A stretch of 64,000 bases of DNA from Elusimicrobia bacterium GWA2_56_46. GTDB taxonomy: Bacteria > Elusimicrobiota > Elusimicrobia > Elusimicrobiales > UBA9959. The stretch spans positions 13,404 through 77,403 of the forward strand of contig MGTT01000018.1 of NCBI GenBank assembly GCA_001799575.1, in the 5' to 3' direction. This document shows, one piece after another, positions 53,890 through 62,299 of the stretch (positions are counted from its first letter, which is position 1; the number at the start of each line of letters is the position of its first letter). Both the position numbers and the translations under genes were made by a program. Below the pieces are notes generated by a model, which worked only from the letters and a program-made list of their open reading frames with translations, did not search any database and had not been told where the DNA came from.

Positions 53890-55281
53890 ATGAGAACTGA
53901 ATTATTTCTGGCGTTGCTTCTTCTGCCGTTGCGGCCGCTTGTAGCGGCGGGAGCGGGCGAGGGCGTCCCCTGGGGCTCCGAGACGGACGGGCAGTACCGC
54001 GCCTGGGACTGGATCTCCGCTTTTACCGAAGAAGACAGGAACACCTGGGACGGCCTTGACGCCGACGGACAGGAAGCGCTCCTGAAACGCGCCGGGGACG
54101 CCTGCCTGGCGGCCGACAGAGCGTCGCTGGCCGCGCAAACACGGGGAGAAGCCGGAGTGCTCTCCGCGCTGCCGGACGAAACGCTTGACCAGCTTTCTAT
54201 CTGCGTTGAAAACGGCAAAACCAGGGCGGGTGCCTTAAGGGAGAAACGGGACAGGCTGAATCAGATAATACTCCGCTCTAAAAACCGACAGCTTTCACGG
54301 GCGGACCTGACTTGGCTTGAAGCCAACTCTATACGGCTTAAAGATCCCTCTTTTAACGACGCGGCGGCGGCCGGGGAAATAGAGCGGCAGAATAAGACAG
54401 CCCAAAAGAGAAGCCGGAACGCGGAAAAGAAATATTCGAGATTAAAGGAAGGAAAACCGCTGACTTCCGCCGGCCTCGCCTCGATCTATGATGGTTCCGG
54501 ATCGAAAGGCAAGGATTCGCCGCAGTACCCGGAGACAATCGCCCTTAAAGATAGAACAAATGCGAAGCTTTCCATCCCCGGGCCGGAAACGAGGGGCCCC
54601 AGGAAAAAACTGACTTCCTCCGCCCCGCCCGAACTGGCGCTTGCCCCGGACAAGATCCGGAACGGTTCCCCAAAAGCGGGGGAAGAGACGAGAGTAGAAA
54701 GGAAGATTGCTTCTCCATTCCCTGAGGAGGATGTGGCGCAGCTTGATAAAGTGGTTCAAAAGTTAAAAAGCAACTGGCTTGAGAAAGGCCACACTTCCGG
54801 CAGATGGGGGAATCTCAAGCAGACTCTCCACATGGCAAAAAAACAGGCGGACGGCACCGGTTCCGGCTGCCGCGACTGGAGCGAGGAAGTCTCCATGGCC
54901 ATAAACCGCGATCCCCAGGCAGGAAAAAAATACGAGGCCGGCGTCCTTTGCGGAGCTAAAGTCCCCTACCTGGCGCAGCATTGCGTCACGGTTTTTTATC
55001 CTAAAGGTTCCGACCCGAACGATCCGTCGACCCAAGTCTGGCACTATGACGCCTGGGCGTCGAAAACCAAAAGCGGCCCCGTGGAAGAGCAGCTATGCTC
55101 CAATCCGATCCCTATCGAACAGGATTTCACTTCTAAATGGCCTTTCGGGCAGGTTCCGACCGGAACTCATCATATAAGCTTTTACGGCATTAAGAAAACG
55201 GGGGATCCCGAAATCATCAGAGAACTAGGCGGGTATCAGACGAACATGGTTTTCAACCGGGAATGCCCCTCCGGCAGGTAG
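53890..55281 (+). CDS. Exported hypothetical protein, C-terminal transglutaminase/papain-like Cys-His-Asp candidate domain
   Basis: Signal-like N-terminus MRTELFLALLLLPLRPLVAAGAG and a charged low-complexity middle. The C-terminus has GSGCRDWSEE, then about 37 aa to AQHCVTVFYP, then about 23 aa to WHYDAW. Confidence 0.6.
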   Translation: MRTELFLALLLLPLRPLVAAGAGEGVPWGSETDGQYRAWDWISAFTEEDRNTWDGLDADGQEALLKRAGDACLAADRASLAAQTRGEAGVLSALPDETLDQLSICVENGKTRAGALREKRDRLNQIILRSKNRQLSRADLTWLEANSIRLKDPSFNDAAAAGEIERQNKTAQKRSRNAEKKYSRLKEGKPLTSAGLASIYDGSGSKGKDSPQYPETIALKDRTNAKLSIPGPETRGPRKKLTSSAPPELALAPDKIRNGSPKAGEETRVERKIASPFPEEDVAQLDKVVQKLKSNWLEKGHTSGRWGNLKQTLHMAKKQADGTGSGCRDWSEEVSMAINRDPQAGKKYEAGVLCGAKVPYLAQHCVTVFYPKGSDPNDPSTQVWHYDAWASKTKSGPVEEQLCSNPIPIEQDFTSKWPFGQVPTGTHHISFYGIKKTGDPEIIRELGGYQTNMVFNRECPSGR

Positions 55282-55286
55282 TACCT

Positions 55287-56036
55287 CTATTCTTTCCGTC
55301 CGGCGCTCAATATTTTTATGGCGGAGTTCGCTATCACCAGGCCGAAGATCCCGGTGACGGTCGGCAGGCTGCCCAGCGCGGCCCGCCTGCGGCCTCTCTC
55401 GTAAAACTGAGTTTCCGGATCTAGCTGCCGCGCTTTCCTCAATTCCCCCACGGGTTCCAGCGAATAAACGCAGGTGAGATCCAGCGGCGTGCCGTTCTTC
55501 CTGAGCAGGTTCCTCAGCGCGGCCGCGAGAGGGCAGCCGCGCACCTCCCCCAGCGGACCGACCCTTATAGCGCCCGGATCGGTGCGCAGGGCGGCGCCCA
55601 TGGAGGCTATCAGCGGCAGACGGCGCTTCACGGTTTCCGAGATCAGGCCGGCCTTGGGCCCCAGCGAGTCTATGGCGTCTATCACCATGTCCGGAGCGCC
55701 CTCAAGTATGGCCTCGAATGTTTCGGGGCCGGCGAAAAGATCCAGCGCTTCCACGCGGCAATCCGGGTTGATGTCGCGCACCCGGCCGGCGGCCAGGGCC
55801 GACTTGTGTTTCCCAAGCGTGGAACCCAGCGCGTACAACTGGCGGTTTATATTGCTGGCTCTTATGACGTCAAAATCCACCAGTCGCAGGCGCCCCACTC
55901 CGGCCCGGGCCAGCCCCTCCACGGCGTAGCCGCCCACGGCCCCGAGCCCCACCACGGTCACGAACGAGTTCTTCAGGCGGTTTACGCCCTCCTCGCCCAG
56001 CATCAGCCTTATGCGCGCCAGTCTGTCTTCGGTCAT
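55287..56036 (-). CDS. tcdA: tRNA threonylcarbamoyladenosine dehydratase (ThiF/MoeB-like E1 fold)
   Basis: Contains VVGLGAVGGYAVEGLARAGVGRLRLVDFDVIRASNINRQ, 249 aa. Confidence 0.82.
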   Translation of the reverse strand: MTEDRLARIRLMLGEEGVNRLKNSFVTVVGLGAVGGYAVEGLARAGVGRLRLVDFDVIRASNINRQLYALGSTLGKHKSALAAGRVRDINPDCRVEALDLFAGPETFEAILEGAPDMVIDAIDSLGPKAGLISETVKRRLPLIASMGAALRTDPGAIRVGPLGEVRGCPLAAALRNLLRKNGTPLDLTCVYSLEPVGELRKARQLDPETQFYERGRRRAALGSLPTVTGIFGLVIANSAIKILSAGRKE

Positions 56037-56800
56037 AATTGAGAAAATAATTCGCCCAGGAACGTTTCGGCGTTGCGCCAGCTCAGTGTGCCCAGCGCCT
56101 CGGGGGTCTGCCCCAGGGCCGCGGCCGCCGCGCCGATCACTTCTACCACACCCTGCGGCCCCGGACGCCGGCCGGGTAAGGCCGGTCCGGGGGATTCGGT
56201 CTCGAACAGCAGCCTTTCAGGCGGCGCGGCCAGGAGGGCTTTGCGCATTTTCTCCCGTTCAGGGTCCAGTACCGCGCCGCTGAAGGAAAAATAAGCGCCA
56301 AGGCCGGCTAATTCACCCGTCATTTCGGGAGGCCCGCCGTAGGCGTGCAGCATAAAAGCCGGCGGCCGTTCCTCTTTGAGGACTTCAAGCAGCCTGCCCC
56401 AGGCCCTGACGCAGTGGATCGAGACCGGCCTTTCAAGTTTTTTGGCCAGCCTGAGCTGCGCCCTGAAACTCTCCTCCTGCTCCGCAAAATCGGAAGACGC
56501 GGCCTTATCAAGGCCGATTTCGCCCACGCAGGACGGCGAGCGGGAAAGAAAACCCTCAAGGAGTCCAAGCCAGCCGGGCCGGACCTTTCCTACAAACCAG
56601 GGATGCAGTCCGAAGCACGGAATAATGCCCTTATGGCCCGCGGCCAGGGCCGAAACCCGCTCCCAGTCGGCGGGACTGGTGCCGTTGCAGAGCATGCCCG
56701 CTACTCCGGCCGCCGAAGCCCGCTCCAGAGCGTCCTCCGTTTCAGCCCCGTTCGAATAATTCTGAAGGTGGTTATGCGCGTCGAAAAGGCGTGTTTTCAT
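56033..56800 (-). CDS. tatD: TatD family metal-dependent hydrolase
   Basis: Contains LFDAHNHLQ, EIGLD, VSIHCV, and MLHAYGG. 255 aa. Overlaps the recN 3' end by 29 nt. Confidence 0.85.
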   Translation of the reverse strand: MKTRLFDAHNHLQNYSNGAETEDALERASAAGVAGMLCNGTSPADWERVSALAAGHKGIIPCFGLHPWFVGKVRPGWLGLLEGFLSRSPSCVGEIGLDKAASSDFAEQEESFRAQLRLAKKLERPVSIHCVRAWGRLLEVLKEERPPAFMLHAYGGPPEMTGELAGLGAYFSFSGAVLDPEREKMRKALLAAPPERLLFETESPGPALPGRRPGPQGVVEVIGAAAAALGQTPEALGTLSWRNAETFLGELFSQL

Positions 56801-58454
56801 CGGCTTCTTTTATCAGTTCGCGGGCGTGTTTAAGGCCCAGTTCGGTGGACTTGGTTTTGCCGCCGAGCATACGGGCTATCTCCAGGACTCCGGCTTCCGG
56901 CTCCAGCCTGGAAACCTTTACCACAGCCGTGCCGCCGCTTAAATTCTTTTCCACGTAATAGTGCGCCCCCGCGAAAGCCGCGATCTGCGGCATATGGGTA
57001 ATACAGAAAAGCTGCTTTGTCCCGGACAGGGCCGAGAGTTTTTTCCCGAGGAGGCGGGCTACGGTGCTGCCCACGCCGGTATCCACCTCGTCGAAGACGA
57101 GCACCGGAATATTATCGTTTCCGGCCAGCACCGTTTTAAGCCCCAGCATGACGCGCGACATCTCTCCGCCGGAGGCGGTGAGTTTCAGCGGCTTCAGCGG
57201 ATAGCCCGGATTGGCCGAGAACAGGAACTCCACCGCATCCATGCCGGAAGAAGTGAAATGCCCGTCCTCGGTTTCTACCGCGACGGAGAACCGGACATCC
57301 CTGAAACCCAGGCCGGCGATCTCGGAGAGCACGGCGGAAGAGAGTTTTTTGGCGGCGGCCGAGCGCCCGGCATGGAGGGCCTCGCCCAGCTTTGCCAGCC
57401 GGCTTTCGGCTTTTTCCAGCGCGGCCGACAGCTCCTTCTTGTCGAAAGAAGAATTCTCAAGCCCGTTTATTTTCTCCCTCAATTCCTCCGCTTTTTTCAG
57501 CGTGTCGGAGAGTTCGGGGCCGTATTTTTTTTTCAGCGTGGAGAACTTCTCAAGGCGGGAAAGAACCGCGTCCAGCCCGGCTGGATCCGTGTCCAGGCCC
57601 TTGGAGTAGCGATAGAGACTTTCCTCGATATCTTTCAGAGCGAGAACGGCCTGCGCGAGCGCTTCCTTGATGGGCTCTGAAGTCCCGTCCAGCTCCGAAA
57701 GTGCTTCCAGATCCTTCAGCGCTTTCTCAAGCCCGGACAAAGCGGGCGCGTCTCCGGCGGAGAGCAGTTCATAGGCCCGGCTGGAAAGGGTGAAAAGTTT
57801 CTGGGCGTTCTTCAGGCGGGGATACCGGGCCTGGAGTTCCTCTTCCTCCCCCTCCCTGATCTCCGCCGACTCTATTTCCTTCAACTGGAACCGGTAAAGT
57901 TCCAGAAGCCGGGCGCGTTCCTCTTCGGAAAGGGAAACCGAATTAAGCCTCTCAAGCAGCCCGCGCCGCTGGCCGAACGCTTCGCCGTAAGCCGCGGCCT
58001 CTTTTTCAAGCCGCCCGTAGCGATCCAGGAGCGCCAGCTGGACTTCGGGCTTCATGAGGCTCTGATGCTCGTTCTGGCCGTGGAAATCCACCAGCGCGTC
58101 GCCGAGCCCTGACAGGAAAGCGGCCGTCACGGGACGGCCCTCAAAAAAACCCCTGGTCTTGCCGCCGGCGTCCAACTGCCGGCGCACGGAAAACTCAGCC
58201 CCCTTAACGCCGTGGGCCGCCGCCAGTTTTTTCGGCAAAGAAGCGGAACTGAAAACCCCGGAAACCTCCGCCTGGGCGGCGCCCGTCCTGACAAGCTCCG
58301 AATTCGCCCGCTCGCCCAGCAGAAAGCCTATGGCTTCCACGATTATGGATTTGCCCGCGCCGGTCTCGCCGGTGAAAACGTTAAGCCCCGGCCCGAACTC
58401 CAGGCTGAGCCGGTCAATAACCGCGAAGTTTTTTATCTCAAGCTTTTTCAGCAT
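56772..58454 (-). CDS. recN: DNA repair protein RecN
   Basis: Starts MLKKLEIKNFAVIDRLSLEFGPGLNVFTGETGAGKSI, with a long coiled coil and C-terminal ASGGEMSRVMLGLK...LVFDEVDTGVG. Confidence 0.93.
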   Translation of the reverse strand: MLKKLEIKNFAVIDRLSLEFGPGLNVFTGETGAGKSIIVEAIGFLLGERANSELVRTGAAQAEVSGVFSSASLPKKLAAAHGVKGAEFSVRRQLDAGGKTRGFFEGRPVTAAFLSGLGDALVDFHGQNEHQSLMKPEVQLALLDRYGRLEKEAAAYGEAFGQRRGLLERLNSVSLSEEERARLLELYRFQLKEIESAEIREGEEEELQARYPRLKNAQKLFTLSSRAYELLSAGDAPALSGLEKALKDLEALSELDGTSEPIKEALAQAVLALKDIEESLYRYSKGLDTDPAGLDAVLSRLEKFSTLKKKYGPELSDTLKKAEELREKINGLENSSFDKKELSAALEKAESRLAKLGEALHAGRSAAAKKLSSAVLSEIAGLGFRDVRFSVAVETEDGHFTSSGMDAVEFLFSANPGYPLKPLKLTASGGEMSRVMLGLKTVLAGNDNIPVLVFDEVDTGVGSTVARLLGKKLSALSGTKQLFCITHMPQIAAFAGAHYYVEKNLSGGTAVVKVSRLEPEAGVLEIARMLGGKTKSTELGLKHARELIKEADENTPFRRA

Positions 58455-58457
58455 CCC

Positions 58458-59369
58458 TTATCTCTCTCCCCATCGCAGTTTCCTGCGCAGAATGTCGAAG
58501 TAGGAGAAATCCCGCGGCGCCAGCATCTCGAAGTTCTTCGGATATTTGCGGATAACCACCCGGTCGGCGGGTTGCAGCACGCAATTTTCCTGACCGTCCA
58601 GGGAAAGGGAAACGCTGTGGCCCCCGCACCGCAACTTTGCCCGCAGGACGACGCTTTCCGGTCCTCCCGCGCCCAGGTCCGCCTGCTCAAAAGCGCGGGA
58701 CCGGCCGCCCACCTCTATCGTGATGTCCTCCAGTGAGGACAGCACGATGGGGCGGTGGGTCAGAGTGTGCGGGCAGATGGGCGACAGGAGAAAAACTTCC
58801 AGTTCAGGCAGCACAATGGGACCCAGCGCCGCCAGATTGTAGGCCGTGGAGCCGGTCGGGGTGGAAATGATAAGCCCGTCCCCGAAATATTCGCTCAAGA
58901 GCTGCCTGCCGAAGAAAGCGCGCAGGGAGAACGCGCGGGCCTCCGTGCTGCGTATGACGCAGTCGTTCAGGGCCGGATACGGGCCGAAGACCCTGCCGCC
59001 GCCGCGGAACACTTCCACCGACAGCAGCTGCCTCCTGATCCTCCTGAAACTATTGTTCAGAAAACTGTCCAGATGTTTTTTAAAATTGGAGCGTTCCACA
59101 CCGCTCAAAAAACCGAGCCCCCCGGCATTGATGCCCAGCACCGGGATGCCGTATTTGATGACGTGCCGGGCGGCGTAAAGCACCGTGCCGTCCCCGCCGA
59201 CGGTAATGGCGGCGTCGGCCCGCCCGAATTTGCAAACCACGTCGTTGACGCAGACCCTTGAAACCCTGACGCCCCTGGCTTTCAGGGTCCGCTCGATGCC
59301 CGCCGCGAAAGTAATGGCTTTCTTCCTCTTGGAATTATAAAAAAGCACCACGCTTTTAACCCGTTTCAT
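58458..59369 (-). CDS. nadK: NAD(+) kinase
   Basis: Contains ITVGGDGTVLYAAR, GINAGGLGFL, and ISTPTGSTAYNLAALGP. 303 aa. Confidence 0.9.
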   Translation of the reverse strand: MKRVKSVVLFYNSKRKKAITFAAGIERTLKARGVRVSRVCVNDVVCKFGRADAAITVGGDGTVLYAARHVIKYGIPVLGINAGGLGFLSGVERSNFKKHLDSFLNNSFRRIRRQLLSVEVFRGGGRVFGPYPALNDCVIRSTEARAFSLRAFFGRQLLSEYFGDGLIISTPTGSTAYNLAALGPIVLPELEVFLLSPICPHTLTHRPIVLSSLEDITIEVGGRSRAFEQADLGAGGPESVVLRAKLRCGGHSVSLSLDGQENCVLQPADRVVIRKYPKNFEMLAPRDFSYFDILRRKLRWGER

Positions 59370-59385
59370 AAGGAATATAATACAA
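59370..59385 (-). promoter_or_regulatory. Shared 16-nt motif TTGTATTATATTCCTT abutting the nadK start codon
   Basis: Identical to 17327-17342. TATTAT ends 7 nt before the A of the ATG (59369) and no SD is present, a leaderless-type geometry. Confidence 0.35.
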
Positions 59386-59687
59386 TAAGGGGACGCCCTT
59401 AGTTAATTAGTTTTTTCATGATGTCGCACCGCCCGCTTAATGCCTTTCCTCTTAATCTTGCGGCGCTGGCGGATGGCTCGCTCAAGTTGTCGGCATAGGC
59501 CCAAAGACCGGCAAAATTTTCCCTTAAGACCCTTGGTGAAACCCGCGGTTTTCGTTAAACTATGGCTATGGCAAGTATTCAGATGTTGTTGATCCTGAGC
59601 AATATCGACATTGGAAAGGAAGCACTTCCAGGTTGGATTCAGCCGTTTTTAACTTGGCGCACATATTAGATATGGGAGGCAATAGTC

Positions 59688-60167
59688 ATGAAGAAAATAA
59701 TTACAAGTTTGATATTTTTGGCATCTTCGGTAGTTTTTGCGAGGGCCGGAGGAGACGCTTCGAACCAGTTGGGGTTAGTTGCCCAGCTTAACCCGTCAGT
59801 TCCTACACCCGCGCCGGCTTTAGTTATCTCCCAGCCGCACGAATTTACGAGGATGTCTTCAGTGCTTCTTCCCTCGGAGACGCATTCAAGCGACTGGTAC
59901 GTACTTACGGAATCCGGATACCTCAGCAAGAACGGTAAAAGTCTCGGCTATACCGGCCAAGGCAGCCTCGCCGTCGATAGGGACAACTGGTACGTACTTA
60001 CGGAATCCGGATACCTCAGCAGGAACGGCAAAAGTCTCGGCTATACCGGCCAAGGCAGCCTCGCCGTCGATGGGGACAACTGGTACGTACTTACGGAATC
60101 CGGATACCTCAGCAGGAACGATAAAAGTCTCGGCTATACCGGCAAAGGCAGCCTCGCCGTCGACTAA
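59688..60167 (+). CDS. Small exported protein with three tandem 31-aa repeats
   Basis: GGGAGG SD and signal peptide MKKIITSLIFLASSVVFARA. The unit (D)NWYVLTESGYLSRNGKSLGYTGQGSLAVD occurs three times, encoded by 3 x 93 bp near-identical DNA. Confidence 0.7.
   Translation: MKKIITSLIFLASSVVFARAGGDASNQLGLVAQLNPSVPTPAPALVISQPHEFTRMSSVLLPSETHSSDWYVLTESGYLSKNGKSLGYTGQGSLAVDRDNWYVLTESGYLSRNGKSLGYTGQGSLAVDGDNWYVLTESGYLSRNDKSLGYTGKGSLAVD
59893..60167 (+). repeat. 3 x 93-bp tandem repeat inside the CDS at 59688-60167
   Basis: Units start at 59893, 59986 and 60079, with about 3 mismatches between neighbouring units. Confidence 0.9.
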
Positions 60168-60194
60168 CCGAAAGCTACAGTTGCAATTTTCAGG

Positions 60195-62198
60195 TTAAAT
60201 TTTCATCTCAACCGGTTCGCCGGGGCGGTTCTCTATCAGGCGCTCGTCTCCGGGGGCGGGGCCGCTTTTCACCGCTATTTTGGAGCCTCCGGCGAGCACG
60301 CGGACTTCCAGGCCGGGAGCTTTCAGAATCCAATCCAGGCCCTCCCCGCGGCCCAGGCCGGTGTAGCCGGCCGCCTTGTACCGCAAGTCCGGGCCGGAAA
60401 CCCAGTCGGGCCGGACCTCCGATCCGCGGAAAAGCACGCTGTCTTCCGGCCAGGCGCGCTCCACCCGCGCGCCGCCGGCCTCAAGTTTAACCAGCTCCGC
60501 CGCCAGTTCCGCCGGGCGCGGGCCGTAGGGCAGGATCACTTTCTTTATCCGCACACGTCCGCCGAGCTCCGCCAGGCCGCTCCAGTCGCGGCGGGCCAGC
60601 GTGGAAATAAATACGCCCTCCACCTCCCGGAAACCGTAGAAAAGCGCCGCATCGGCGCACTTGCGGCCGCTTGTCCCGGGGTTAAAAAGAAAAAGACCGT
60701 TCCCGCGCCGGACGATAACGGAGCGGGTATCGGAGTCGGAAAACGCGGACACAACGCTTCTTTCCGGCAGGAAGCCGGCGGCGAATACAGCGAGGAGCGG
60801 CGCAGCCGCCAGGGCGTACAAACGGCGCCTTCTGAAACCCAACAGCGGCGCGTGCAGCAGAACCAGCACGAAAACCGAGAAAGCCGCGAGGGTCAGAGCG
60901 GACGGCGGGCTTACCGGAATGGAAGAAAATTTTACGGCCGCGAAAGCTTTCACCAGCCGGATGAACAAAGCCGCGCCAAGGTCGGCCATGGTTTTAACTA
61001 CGGAGAACAGCGCGGGCGGCCAGGGAACAATTAGAACGGCAAAACCAAGCCCCATGATAACGCCGGAAGCCGGCACCAGGAGCACATTGGAGAAAATGGA
61101 GATCAGGGAGATCTTATGGAAATAAAGCGCCATCAGCGGATACAGGCCGGCCTGGGCAAAAAAGCTGACCAGCAGGATGCGGCTGAGGGAAAGCGCGGGG
61201 CCTTTCAGACGCAGCAGGCCGTCCCAGAGCGTCATCCCCGCCGTTATCCCGTAGGAAGCGACGAAAGACATCTGGAAACCGGCGTCAAAAAGGGCCGCGG
61301 GCTCCGCCAGGAGTATGGCGAAACACGCGATGACCAGACCCTGGAAAACCCCGGAATCTCTGTCAAGCAGATAGCCGGCCAGCGCGGCGGAGAACATCAC
61401 ATAACCGCGGACCAGCGGCGCTTCGAGGCCCGCCGTAAGCACGTAGAAACCGGCGCACGCCAGCGCCGCCAGCCCGGAATACTTTTTCCGGACCCCGAGC
61501 CTGGAACACAGGAAATAAACCAGGAAAGTTACAAAACCCACGTTCGAGCCGGACGCCACCAGGAGGTGCATGGCGCCCGAATCCTGGAAAGCGGTTTTAA
61601 GTTCCTCGGAAACGCTTTTCTTCTCGCCCAGCACCACGCCGCCGAGGACCGCGGCGCGGTCGGCCTTGAAATTATCCTCGAAAATTTTAAGCGCCCTGGC
61701 GCGGAAAGCCGCCGCGAGCCTGATGGGGAGGGGCGCCTTTTTTATTATTTCAGGACGCTCCCCCCTGGCCTCGGCGCTTATGCCCCGCGCGGCGAGATAG
61801 TTCCGCCAGTCGAGGCTGCCGGGAACGACGTGATTGAACGGTTCGGATAAAACGGCGGTAAAAGCTATTTTGTCGCCGTAGGAGGCGCCGCCCATGTCGC
61901 GAGCATAAGCCATCACCACGGTATCCGCGGGTGCCCCGTCCGCGGAGGTAACTTCCAGCGCGAAGCGCCAGAAACCGCCGCCGCTTACCGGATACCGGGC
62001 CACGCGGCCTTCCAGGCGGCTGTCCGGCTCCGGCAGCGGGAAAAGGCCCCCCGGGCCCGCCCGCGGGCCGGCGGCCGTTTTAAAGGTCAGGGATCGCAAC
62101 ACGGCGCCGGCGCGGGTATCCGAGTTAAACACCAATATAACCGCGGCCCAGCACAAAAGCAGGAGGAACAGCGGCCTTTTATAATAGGAAAACCGCAT
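60195..62198 (-). CDS. comEC: DNA internalization-related competence protein ComEC/Rec2
   Basis: 667 aa with an N-terminal DUF4131-like region, a polytopic Competence domain (SGAMHLLVASGSNVGF), and a C-terminal metallo-beta-lactamase-like remnant. Confidence 0.85.
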   Translation of the reverse strand: MRFSYYKRPLFLLLLCWAAVILVFNSDTRAGAVLRSLTFKTAAGPRAGPGGLFPLPEPDSRLEGRVARYPVSGGGFWRFALEVTSADGAPADTVVMAYARDMGGASYGDKIAFTAVLSEPFNHVVPGSLDWRNYLAARGISAEARGERPEIIKKAPLPIRLAAAFRARALKIFEDNFKADRAAVLGGVVLGEKKSVSEELKTAFQDSGAMHLLVASGSNVGFVTFLVYFLCSRLGVRKKYSGLAALACAGFYVLTAGLEAPLVRGYVMFSAALAGYLLDRDSGVFQGLVIACFAILLAEPAALFDAGFQMSFVASYGITAGMTLWDGLLRLKGPALSLSRILLVSFFAQAGLYPLMALYFHKISLISIFSNVLLVPASGVIMGLGFAVLIVPWPPALFSVVKTMADLGAALFIRLVKAFAAVKFSSIPVSPPSALTLAAFSVFVLVLLHAPLLGFRRRRLYALAAAPLLAVFAAGFLPERSVVSAFSDSDTRSVIVRRGNGLFLFNPGTSGRKCADAALFYGFREVEGVFISTLARRDWSGLAELGGRVRIKKVILPYGPRPAELAAELVKLEAGGARVERAWPEDSVLFRGSEVRPDWVSGPDLRYKAAGYTGLGRGEGLDWILKAPGLEVRVLAGGSKIAVKSGPAPGDERLIENRPGEPVEMKI

Positions 62199-62299
62199 AG
62201 GTCAGCGGATAGGGGTCAGGGGATAGGGTAGAGGGTTTAGGGTAAAAACAGAAGATATAGATAACTCCACCCTAAACCCTTTCCCCTATACCCTTCCCT
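62199..62299. repeat. Paired G-rich/C-rich heptamer arrays R12 forming an imperfect long hairpin between recR and comEC
   Basis: GGTCAGC GGATAGG GGTCAGG GGATAGG GTAGAGG GTTTAGG GT ... CCCTAAA CCCTTTC CCCTATA CCCTTCC. The perfect 11-bp core pairs 62233-62243 with 62269-62279. Confidence 0.8.

Noticed and set aside
57525-57533. A9 runs in recN (57525-57533) and the TIGR02757 gene (13610-13618), and A8 runs in the GT4 gene (593-600) and at 32903-32910, as possible recoding or phase-variation sites.
   Set aside because: They encode ordinary Lys-Lys(-Lys) stretches. No known biology calls for truncated products of these proteins, and the tract lengths are marginal. They are kept only as a caveat for the dnaX A10 interpretation.
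59893-60167. A CRISPR-like reading of the regularly spaced repeats: the 93-bp tandem units, the heptamer arrays, and repeats A, B and C.
   Set aside because: There is no repeat-spacer alternation with unique spacers. The units are contiguous, either in frame within a CDS or only 7 nt long. No cas genes are in the window.
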